Below are positions 30,639-38,845 of a stretch of DNA of 64,000 bases, piece after piece. The DNA is taken from NCBI GenBank assembly GCA_045541975.1, contig JAZQKB010000041.1, positions 40-64,039 of the forward strand, given 5' to 3'. Numbering within the stretch: position 1 is the first letter of the stretch; each line of letters begins with the position of its first letter. This stretch comes from Clostridia bacterium. GTDB lineage: Bacteria > Bacillota > Clostridia > UMGS1840. The notes under the pieces were generated by a model. That model made no database searches. It saw only the letters and a program-made list of their open reading frames with translations, and was not told where the DNA came from. A program made the translations under genes and the position numbers.

Positions 30639-33600
30639 TTGAGAAACGAAATCAAAAAGCTGTTGTCCATCTGCTTACTCGTTGCTATGATTTGCAGCAT
30701 GATGGCGTTCCCCGTAAGTGCGGCACCCACCTGGACCGGTAAATTCAGCGATTTATCCGGTTATACCAACGGCTATGTTGGTGAAAACTATGCAATGTCT
30801 ACCTTTACCAAAAGCGGTGCAGATGGCTCTTCTGTTTCCGGCACTGACTACTATGCAACTGCATCGAATCCGTTTGGTGCATCCGGTGCCTTTACTATGG
30901 TTACCGGCAACTGGGGCAGATATGAATTAACTGTTCCTTACACCGGCGTATATGCATTCCAGTTGAGAACTGACTGGTTCGGCGGTTCCGGTACCGGCTA
31001 CCGTGTAACCACTGAACATGGCTACTATGCAGAATACAGTATTTCCGATACCGGCTGGAGCTCCGGCGGTTTGCAGGACCAGCCCCTTTATTTGAAGGAA
31101 GGTACCAATATTATCACCATTGAATGTATTGGTCCCGGTAATGCAATTTTAGGCGCTTGGGACTTAGGTCGTCTGGATGCGCAGGGTGCAGATTCTTCTT
31201 TAGATTTTCTGCCTCTGGTAAAATTGACTTCCGATTTACCGGAAGCAACTGCAACTCCTGAACCTACTGAAACTCCCACTCCCACCGAGGCTCCTTTAAC
31301 CTGGCCCGGTGCTTACAGCGATTTAGATGAAAATTATAAAAACGGTTATGCCGGCGAAGTATATACGATGACCACCTTCACTAAAAGCGGTGCAGATGGA
31401 TCCTCCGTTTCCGGCACTGACTATGTGGCAACCTCCGGTTCACCGTTTGGTTCCACCGGCATGTTCACTATGCTGGTAAATGACTGGGGCAGATACGAAA
31501 TCACTGCTCCCTATACTGGCGTATACGCTCTGCAGCTGAGAACCTCGTGGATTGCCGGAGACGGTACCACCAGCTATCAAGTGATTACTGAACATGGCTA
31601 TTATGCGGATTATACCATTACCAATACCGGTTGGTCCAGCGGTATTTATCAGGATCAGCCTATCTATTTGGAAGAAGGTACAAACATTGTTACTATCGTT
31701 TGTACCGGTCCCAATGCGGCTATTTTAGAAGCTTATGATATGGGGCTGTTAAACAAAGGTGGCGCAGAAGCTTCCTTGGATTATCTGGGATTTGTGAAAA
31801 TCGGAACTCCTGCAGTTCCCACTCCGACTCCCACCGCAGAACCCACTGCAGAACCTACTGCAACTCCTACTCCTACTGTAGCACCCACTGCTACCCCGAC
31901 TACAGCACCCACTGCTACTCCTACCGCAACACCTACCGCAACACCTACCGCAACTCCCACTCAGGTAACCACCTGGATTGGGAACGTAAAACTGGAACCC
32001 GCATTTAACGGTTACAGCGGTGAAGTGGCTGCAACCAGTTTCAGCGGTGACTATTATGCGCAAAGCAATCATATCAGCGGTGATAATTTCACCATGGCTA
32101 ACGGTGAATGGGGAACCTACACCTTTAATGCACCCTATACTGGTGTATATGGTGTTCAGTTGTATGTTGAGTCTATTGCAGGTGACACCACCGTTCGTAT
32201 GATTTCAGGCGATTACTATGCGGACTTTGAACTGACCACCACCGGATGGACCAATCAGGATGGTGTTCAGATTGACCAGCCCATGTACTTTATCGAAGGT
32301 GCAAATACCTTTACTTTAAAAAATATCGGTTCCAATTCGGTAATCTTATCCAGCATGGATTACGGCTATTTAAATGCCACCGGATATGACTCCATGTCTT
32401 ATATCGGCTTTGTAAAACCGGTATCTTCTATGCCGGCTGAACCTGTGGTAACTCCCACACCTACCGCAACTCCCAACTATACCGATTCTGAATATATGAT
32501 TATCACCGAAGCAGAAGCCTATACCACTCAGAGCGGTACAACTCAGGGAACTCACGGTAATGCAACTGTAATTACTGCTACTAACGAATCCACCTCTACC
32601 TATACCGTTACCGTTCCCGATACCGGTGTTTACAATCTGTACTTAAGAGGTGCAGCTTGGAAAGACGTTTCTGTTGACATCACTGTTGACGGAACCTATC
32701 AGTCTTATGAAACCATGCATTTCAACCTGCATAAAGATGATACCTATCCTCTGCAGACTGAAAAAATCTATTCTATGCATTTGACTGCAGGTACTCATAC
32801 CCTTACCTTTACCTATTTCTGTGATGTGTTCTACTTTGACGATTTCCGTCTGGAAAACACCAGCAGCAGAACCTATCATCTGTTATACGGCTTTAAAGAT
32901 GCTACTACCTCTCAGGAAGCATACAACATTTTAGTGGAATGTGGCTCTCTGCTTGGCATTGATGTAGAAGCTGACACTGCAAACATTTTCTATCCGCAGA
33001 TGTCCTTCTGGCCCATGGTTAGTAAGGACTACGACTCCTTAGATGCAATGCTTGCAGCATATAACGATATCATTACCAGCGAATCTTCCAGTCCCACCGT
33101 GAAGTTATACAATGTTTCCAACACTCCGGTAAGCACCTTACCCACCGGCACTGCAAGATTGATTATCAATACTTCCAATATGCCTGCAAACTCTACCGTT
33201 GTTGTGGCAGAATATCAGGGCAGCAAAATGGTTGGTAACTTAAATACCTTAACCAGCACTTCCACCACTGTTACCTGTACTTTAACCGGTTTAACCGCAC
33301 AGAGTCAGGTGAAAATTATGGTGTTCTCCGAAATCGAGGAAGCAAAACCCTACTCTTCCTCCGGTGTTTATAAAGATATCTATGTAGCAACCACCGGTAA
33401 ATCCACCAATGACGGTCTGACTCCGGAAACTCCGGTTGCAACCGTTGCACAAGCGTTAACCAAAGTAAAAGCATACAATTCCACCATGACTGGTGACATT
33501 GTGGTACACATTGCTCCCGGTACTTACCGCAGTAATGTAACCATCGCAATTGACCAGACCATGAGCGGTATGAACGGCTATAAGGTTATCTTAAAAGCAG

Positions 33601-35258
33601 AAGATCCCAACAACCGTCCCATTTTATCCGGCGGTGAACCCTTAACCGGTAAATGGAGTAAGGTTTCCGGCGAAGAATATTGGGTAGCTACTACCTCCAC
33701 CCGTGAAACCAGAGCATTATATGTCAACGGCTATCAGGCAACTATGGCAAGAAGCAGTGGCTGGTATATTGCAGACGACGTTATTGCTCCGGAAACTCCG
33801 GTAAATGATGTGCATATTGCAGACGGTTTTAAGGTAAATATTGAACAGTGGGATACTGATTTCCCCAGAAACTTAGATGATGATACCAGATTACAGGTAG
33901 TATTCCAGAAAAACTGGGCAAACCATCGTTTCCCTGTGGAAAAAGTAGTTTATACTACTTATTTAGGTTATGAATACGCATATGTATACATTCCGTTCCC
34001 CAGATATCACATCTTCTTAAACGATGATGCCACTACCTCTACCATTCAGCCTACCGGTTCCTTCTACTTAGAAAACTCTATGGACTTCTTGGATGAACCC
34101 GGTGAATTCTTCTTTGACAAGGCAAACCGTAAGATGTACTACTATCCCTATGCAGAAGAAGATATGACCACTGCAGAAACCTTCTGTGCAGTTACCGACG
34201 GATTAATGACCATTACCGGTGTTGGTGCTACCAACAAGGTTACCAACATGGAATTTGACGGTTTATCCTTCCGTTACGGTGCTTGGGATGAAGCTTCCAC
34301 CAACGGTGCAGCCTTCAACCAGGCAGACGAAATGCGTTTGGGTGGCGAAATCTGGTACGGAAGCTATATGTTCCCCGCACAGGTTACCTTAAACTATGCA
34401 GATAACGTAGTATTTAAAAACTGTGAATTTGCAAACTTAGGCTCCAGTGCAGTTCTCTTTGAAGAAGGGGATACCAACTGCCGTGTAACCGGAAGCTCCT
34501 TCCATGATATTTCCGGTACCGGTGTTGTAGTCGGAAACTTCCTCCACGATGTGAATATGTCTTCCGATAAACAGCGTTCTACCCATATTGAAGTAGACAA
34601 CAACATCTTCCGCCGTTGTGCACAGGAATACTTAGGGACCACCGCAGTTGCGGTATACTATACCGGTGATTCCAAAGTTCATCACAACGATATCGCTGAT
34701 ATGCCTTATACCGGTATTACCCTTGGTTGGGGTTGGGGCGCAGCATTACCTGACGATTGCGGAAACAACGTTGTGTCCTACAACAAGATTGAAGATGTAA
34801 TGCAGACTATGTATGACGGGTCTCAGATTTACACCGTAGGTCTGCAGGGATACAACCAGATTAACGATAACTACTTTATCGATCCGGGCGATCACTTAAG
34901 AGGCGGTCTGTATCTTGACCAGGCAACTCAGGATCTGTACTTCAGCGATAACGTATTTACCGATGCAAAACCCACCACTGACCGTTGGTTATTCGCAAGA
35001 AGATATGTAGATATTGAAAATTGCTACGGTTCTTATAACCATACTGACGGTAAAATGCCTTCCACCGGCGGTTCCTACGGTTTTGACAACTCCGGCGTAA
35101 CCATGGAAAACAATAACGTAAGCGTGACCAGCTGGTCTTTATCTGCACAGAGAATTATGTCCGAAGCAGGTGTTGACAATCAGACCGAGCTTCAGACTGT
35201 AGACTACTATCCGTCCTGGAGAACCATGCGTATGTTAGACGTTCCCGCAGACGAATAA
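30639..35258 (+). CDS. Secreted multimodular GH141-like enzyme, paralog of 25986-30560 (3x module A, PT linkers, CBM, helical + beta module, beta-helix)
   Basis: TTG start at 30639 after AAGGAGG; signal peptide; [40 protein letters not shown]. Confidence 0.8.
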   Translation: MRNEIKKLLSICLLVAMICSMMAFPVSAAPTWTGKFSDLSGYTNGYVGENYAMSTFTKSGADGSSVSGTDYYATASNPFGASGAFTMVTGNWGRYELTVPYTGVYAFQLRTDWFGGSGTGYRVTTEHGYYAEYSISDTGWSSGGLQDQPLYLKEGTNIITIECIGPGNAILGAWDLGRLDAQGADSSLDFLPLVKLTSDLPEATATPEPTETPTPTEAPLTWPGAYSDLDENYKNGYAGEVYTMTTFTKSGADGSSVSGTDYVATSGSPFGSTGMFTMLVNDWGRYEITAPYTGVYALQLRTSWIAGDGTTSYQVITEHGYYADYTITNTGWSSGIYQDQPIYLEEGTNIVTIVCTGPNAAILEAYDMGLLNKGGAEASLDYLGFVKIGTPAVPTPTPTAEPTAEPTATPTPTVAPTATPTTAPTATPTATPTATPTATPTQVTTWIGNVKLEPAFNGYSGEVAATSFSGDYYAQSNHISGDNFTMANGEWGTYTFNAPYTGVYGVQLYVESIAGDTTVRMISGDYYADFELTTTGWTNQDGVQIDQPMYFIEGANTFTLKNIGSNSVILSSMDYGYLNATGYDSMSYIGFVKPVSSMPAEPVVTPTPTATPNYTDSEYMIITEAEAYTTQSGTTQGTHGNATVITATNESTSTYTVTVPDTGVYNLYLRGAAWKDVSVDITVDGTYQSYETMHFNLHKDDTYPLQTEKIYSMHLTAGTHTLTFTYFCDVFYFDDFRLENTSSRTYHLLYGFKDATTSQEAYNILVECGSLLGIDVEADTANIFYPQMSFWPMVSKDYDSLDAMLAAYNDIITSESSSPTVKLYNVSNTPVSTLPTGTARLIINTSNMPANSTVVVAEYQGSKMVGNLNTLTSTSTTVTCTLTGLTAQSQVKIMVFSEIEEAKPYSSSGVYKDIYVATTGKSTNDGLTPETPVATVAQALTKVKAYNSTMTGDIVVHIAPGTYRSNVTIAIDQTMSGMNGYKVILKAEDPNNRPILSGGEPLTGKWSKVSGEEYWVATTSTRETRALYVNGYQATMARSSGWYIADDVIAPETPVNDVHIADGFKVNIEQWDTDFPRNLDDDTRLQVVFQKNWANHRFPVEKVVYTTYLGYEYAYVYIPFPRYHIFLNDDATTSTIQPTGSFYLENSMDFLDEPGEFFFDKANRKMYYYPYAEEDMTTAETFCAVTDGLMTITGVGATNKVTNMEFDGLSFRYGAWDEASTNGAAFNQADEMRLGGEIWYGSYMFPAQVTLNYADNVVFKNCEFANLGSSAVLFEEGDTNCRVTGSSFHDISGTGVVVGNFLHDVNMSSDKQRSTHIEVDNNIFRRCAQEYLGTTAVAVYYTGDSKVHHNDIADMPYTGITLGWGWGAALPDDCGNNVVSYNKIEDVMQTMYDGSQIYTVGLQGYNQINDNYFIDPGDHLRGGLYLDQATQDLYFSDNVFTDAKPTTDRWLFARRYVDIENCYGSYNHTDGKMPSTGGSYGFDNSGVTMENNNVSVTSWSLSAQRIMSEAGVDNQTELQTVDYYPSWRTMRMLDVPADE
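31816..31965 (+). repeat. Pro/Thr-rich low-complexity linker ([24 protein letters not shown]...)
   Basis: Degenerate 12- and 24-bp repeats within the CDS. Confidence 0.8.
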
Positions 35259-35273
35259 TCTAAAATTAAAAAA

Positions 35274-35308
35274 TCCGGAATATGCCTGTTTTTCAGGCAT
35301 ATTCCGGA
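35274..35308. other. Perfect 15-bp stem-loop TCCGGAATATGCCTG-TTTTT-CAGGCATATTCCGGA
   Basis: No U-tract in the sense direction; a T-run follows only on the minus strand. Confidence 0.75.
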
Positions 35309-35368
35309 ACCAAATAATAAAACCCCGCATGACTACGATGTTTTTGCAACTTAAGGAGGGTTCAGACA

Positions 35369-35650
35369 GCGATACAAGTCCGCATAAAAAATTTAGTTTC
35401 ATTTCTTTTGATTTTCACCATGATGGCAAGCATGCTGACGGTCATGATGCTGCAGACAGCTTCTGTTCCTGTTTGTTGTAACCCCAATATGAACAGGGGG
35501 ACCAACTACAGTAAATTAATCAACCGGCCTGCTATCGCACAGATATGTAAGGGAGAAGCAGACGTCACCGATCAATTCCGATTCGACGAGATTAATAGTT
35601 ATCCCTCTTGGAGAATCACACGAATGCTGGATATTCCGGCAAAAGAATAA
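35369..35650 (+). pseudogene. Mini-ORF or remnant: signal-peptide-like N-terminus joined to the C-terminal tail of the GH141-like paralogs
   Basis: RBS AAGGAGG at 35353-59; open frame RIKNLVSFLLIFTMMASML...; ends AQICKGEADVTDQFRFDEINSYPSWRITRMLDIPAKE, collinear with [37 protein letters not shown]. No canonical start codon at the RBS distance. Confidence 0.6.
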
Positions 35651-35815
35651 GTGCTAATTGAGAAAAATTTCAAAATCAGATCAGAACTTCTCATTGTTGA
35701 TTTTTAATACTGTTTTTCAGACAGAATCAAATGTCTTCTGTCCGAAGAACCCCAAATTTGCTAATAAAAATTTTATATATATCAAATTACATGCAAAAAT
35801 TAAGGAGGATTGCTT

Positions 35816-38800
35816 ATGAACCGTAATTTGAAACGAGTGCTCTCTGTAGCACTTATGGCTGTCATGCTGGCAGTGAATTTTGTAATTCCTGCAATGGCAG
35901 CAACAACCGTTACCGTATCCTATACGGACTTATTAACTTATGGCTCCTTGACCGGCAGACAAGGTGAGCTATACTATGAGACCAATGCCAGTTCAGTTGA
36001 ATCTGCTAGCACTAAAAACGGTGCGTATAATCCGTTAGAAGTGTGGTCCAACGTAAACAATGCCGGCTTGAACATAAAAGCCAGTGAATGGGTAAGATTT
36101 GAAGTAACTGCTGAAACTGCAGGCTACTATTCTGTCGGCATGAATGCTGCTGTTGGTGCAACCAACGGTACTGATGTTTACATTCGTACCGAAAGCAGTA
36201 TCACAGAAAAAGATCTTGCAAGAACCGGTACTCAGTATCAGTATACTGATATCACTGATTTAGGATATGTATACTTAGAAGAAGGTTCCAACTACATTTA
36301 TGTAGATAACAAAGGCGGTTCTTATATCAACTTCAGAAGCTTAACTCTGACTTTGGATGAAACTGCTGATGCTACCGATGTAGCATGGTTGGCTCCCATT
36401 GCAAGTGCAAATGAAATTGCTGGCTTGACCGTAGTGTATAATGACGGTTACAATCAGGCAGATGTAAGCGAAGCAACCCTGACCTTCCCCGTAGATATTC
36501 CGTTAGACGGTAAATATCAAGTATCCGTAATGGGGAAAGCCGGTGGTTCTAACACTGTAGCTACTGATTTTGGCGGCGATGCAAAAGAAGCAACCGTTTC
36601 TAACAGTGCATATGGCTACACCGCATTAGGTGTATTCCCCTTAACAGCAGATGAATATACTCTGACTTTAGACGGTTTCACCAACTATAGCTTAGCTTGG
36701 GTAAAAGTGGAATACGTAGGTACTTACAACACGGAAATCGTTAGTGAAACCATTTCCGATGGTGCCACCGTTTCCAGAGGTACCGATAGCTATGTGATTG
36801 AATTGAACGATAACATTGTCTCTGTGGATGCAGCTACTCAGATTACTTTAGCCTCTGCAGAAGACACGATTGAAACCGTTGCAACGGTTGAAGGCAAAGA
36901 ACTGACCGTTTCTTTCAAAGAAACTCTGGACTATGAAACTCCCTACACTTTAACCGTAACCGGCTTAAAAGGTGTATACGATGAAGAAGCGATGGCAGAT
37001 CATGTGGTAACTTTCACCACTGCTGACGAAACCAATACTGACGGTACCGCAACCGTGGAAGTAACTGATGTTACCACTTCCCGTGAAAACGGTACTGTAA
37101 CCGGTATCGTAAAAGGTTCCACCGGCGTTGGAATCAAAGGCAGAGCAGTTACCGTTTATGACAGTTATATGGGCGAAGTTGCAACCGGAGTATCCGGCGA
37201 TGGCGGTGTATTTGAAATTGACTTCACCATTACCGAAACTGTCGCAGGTGTACATACTTACACTGTAGATTCCGAGTACGGCGCAACTGCTTCTGCAATT
37301 GTAAGCTATGTATCCGAAGCAGAAGAATTAGGAATTCTTAGCTTATTTGCAAGTGCAACCACTCCCGAAGCTGTATATAGCATTTTTGAAAACTACGGCG
37401 AAGTTCTGATGGTTCCCACTTACGCAGAAGATTGTGACGCTTTAGCTAACGATGCTCTGTTTTTAGCTCACTTTATGGGCAAAACATTCACTGCAGTTTC
37501 TGAAGTGGCTCCCTTCTACAAGAAAATGCTGACATTAGAAGGTATGAACCAAGCAACCGTTGGTTCCAGAGTGGATGATTATCTGACTGCAGAAATCTGT
37601 GAATTAATCGGCATTGCATCTGATAAATTGGATTTAGTTATTATCAATGACCCCAGCAACAGCAATAAGATTTCTTTTGCAGCAGACATTGCAAGAGATA
37701 CCAACACCAACGGTGCAAGCACCTCTGAAGAAGATTTCAAAGGAAGAATTGCAAGATTACTGGATGCTTGGTTATTAGTGAAATACCAGATTGAGCCCAC
37801 CACTTTAGTTTTACCCACAGAAACCATTTCTTGCAGATATGCAAGTGAAATTGCAATTCCGATCAAGTTTGCAACTGCACAGACCAAAGTAAAAACCATT
37901 GTTGTGACAGTAACTACCGCTCAGGCAGCATTACTCGAAAATGCAAAAGCAGTTGTGGCAGGATTAGCACCTGTTAATGCTGTTATTTCCGGTAATACTG
38001 CAACCTTCACTCTCGACTTTGAAGAAAATGCTGAAAAAGAATATACCGAAGTTGGTAAAATTTCTTTGCAGGCATCCATAATTGATACCCACTCTATCGA
38101 TGTGGCAGCAACTGTTTCCTATCGTTTGACTTCGGATGATAACTATGCGGATATGGACCGTCCTGTAACCGGTGATACCGTTAGTGCAACTGTAACTTCT
38201 TCTATTACTGAAACCCCAAGACCCGTTACCGGTGGCGGTGGATACACCGCTCCTCCGAAGGAGCCTGAAAAAGAAGAGGAAGATACTCAGAAATCCAAAT
38301 ACTTCTTCGACGATATGGCTGACGCTCTCTGGGCTCAGGATATGGTTCATGCTTTAGTTGGAAAAGGTGTTATTTCCAAAAATGATGAAAGAGCATTCCG
38401 TCCCATGGACAATGTAACCCGTGAAGAATTTGTTAAAATGTTGGTAACTGTAGTAGGTACCCACAATGCAAATGCAACCTCCAGCTTAACTGATGTTGGT
38501 GCAAACCATTGGGCAACTTCCTACATTGCAACCGCTCAGGAACTTGGTATTGTTCAGGGCAATGCAGACGGCACTTTCGGCTTAGGTCAGAAAATTACCC
38601 GTCAGGATATGGCAGTTATGGTTTACAGAACCTTTGCTCTCTTAGGGATTGACCTTTCCGCAGGTTCCACCGCATTTGCAGATGGCGGCGATATTGCCGA
38701 CTATGCAAAAAATGCTGTTAGCGCACTGGAAAAACAGGGTATTATCAACGGTATGGGTGATGGCACCTTTGCTCCTGTTTCCAACGCTACCAGAGCACAA

Positions 38801-38845
38801 TCCGCTAAAATTATCTATGCTATGATGGAGGTGTTAGGCGTATGA
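35816..38845 (+). CDS. SLH-anchored scaffold-like surface protein (2x CBM-like, Ig-like domains, 2x helical module, cohesin-like beta-sandwich, 3x SLH)
   Basis: Signal peptide; GYYSVG..GYVYLEEGSN; LTVSFKETLDYETPYTLTVTGLK (Big_5/SbsA-like); GGGGY linker; FDDMADALWA..FRPMDNVTREEF, FGLGQKITRQDMA, FAPVSNATRAQSA SLH repeats. Confidence 0.75.
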   Translation: MNRNLKRVLSVALMAVMLAVNFVIPAMAATTVTVSYTDLLTYGSLTGRQGELYYETNASSVESASTKNGAYNPLEVWSNVNNAGLNIKASEWVRFEVTAETAGYYSVGMNAAVGATNGTDVYIRTESSITEKDLARTGTQYQYTDITDLGYVYLEEGSNYIYVDNKGGSYINFRSLTLTLDETADATDVAWLAPIASANEIAGLTVVYNDGYNQADVSEATLTFPVDIPLDGKYQVSVMGKAGGSNTVATDFGGDAKEATVSNSAYGYTALGVFPLTADEYTLTLDGFTNYSLAWVKVEYVGTYNTEIVSETISDGATVSRGTDSYVIELNDNIVSVDAATQITLASAEDTIETVATVEGKELTVSFKETLDYETPYTLTVTGLKGVYDEEAMADHVVTFTTADETNTDGTATVEVTDVTTSRENGTVTGIVKGSTGVGIKGRAVTVYDSYMGEVATGVSGDGGVFEIDFTITETVAGVHTYTVDSEYGATASAIVSYVSEAEELGILSLFASATTPEAVYSIFENYGEVLMVPTYAEDCDALANDALFLAHFMGKTFTAVSEVAPFYKKMLTLEGMNQATVGSRVDDYLTAEICELIGIASDKLDLVIINDPSNSNKISFAADIARDTNTNGASTSEEDFKGRIARLLDAWLLVKYQIEPTTLVLPTETISCRYASEIAIPIKFATAQTKVKTIVVTVTTAQAALLENAKAVVAGLAPVNAVISGNTATFTLDFEENAEKEYTEVGKISLQASIIDTHSIDVAATVSYRLTSDDNYADMDRPVTGDTVSATVTSSITETPRPVTGGGGYTAPPKEPEKEEEDTQKSKYFFDDMADALWAQDMVHALVGKGVISKNDERAFRPMDNVTREEFVKMLVTVVGTHNANATSSLTDVGANHWATSYIATAQELGIVQGNADGTFGLGQKITRQDMAVMVYRTFALLGIDLSAGSTAFADGGDIADYAKNAVSALEKQGIINGMGDGTFAPVSNATRAQSAKIIYAMMEVLGV

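Noticed and set aside
27007-31965. Short periodic repeats as a possible CRISPR array
   Set aside because: They are in-frame Pro/Thr linker codons without unique spacers, and no cas genes are present. No CRISPR array was seen in the window.
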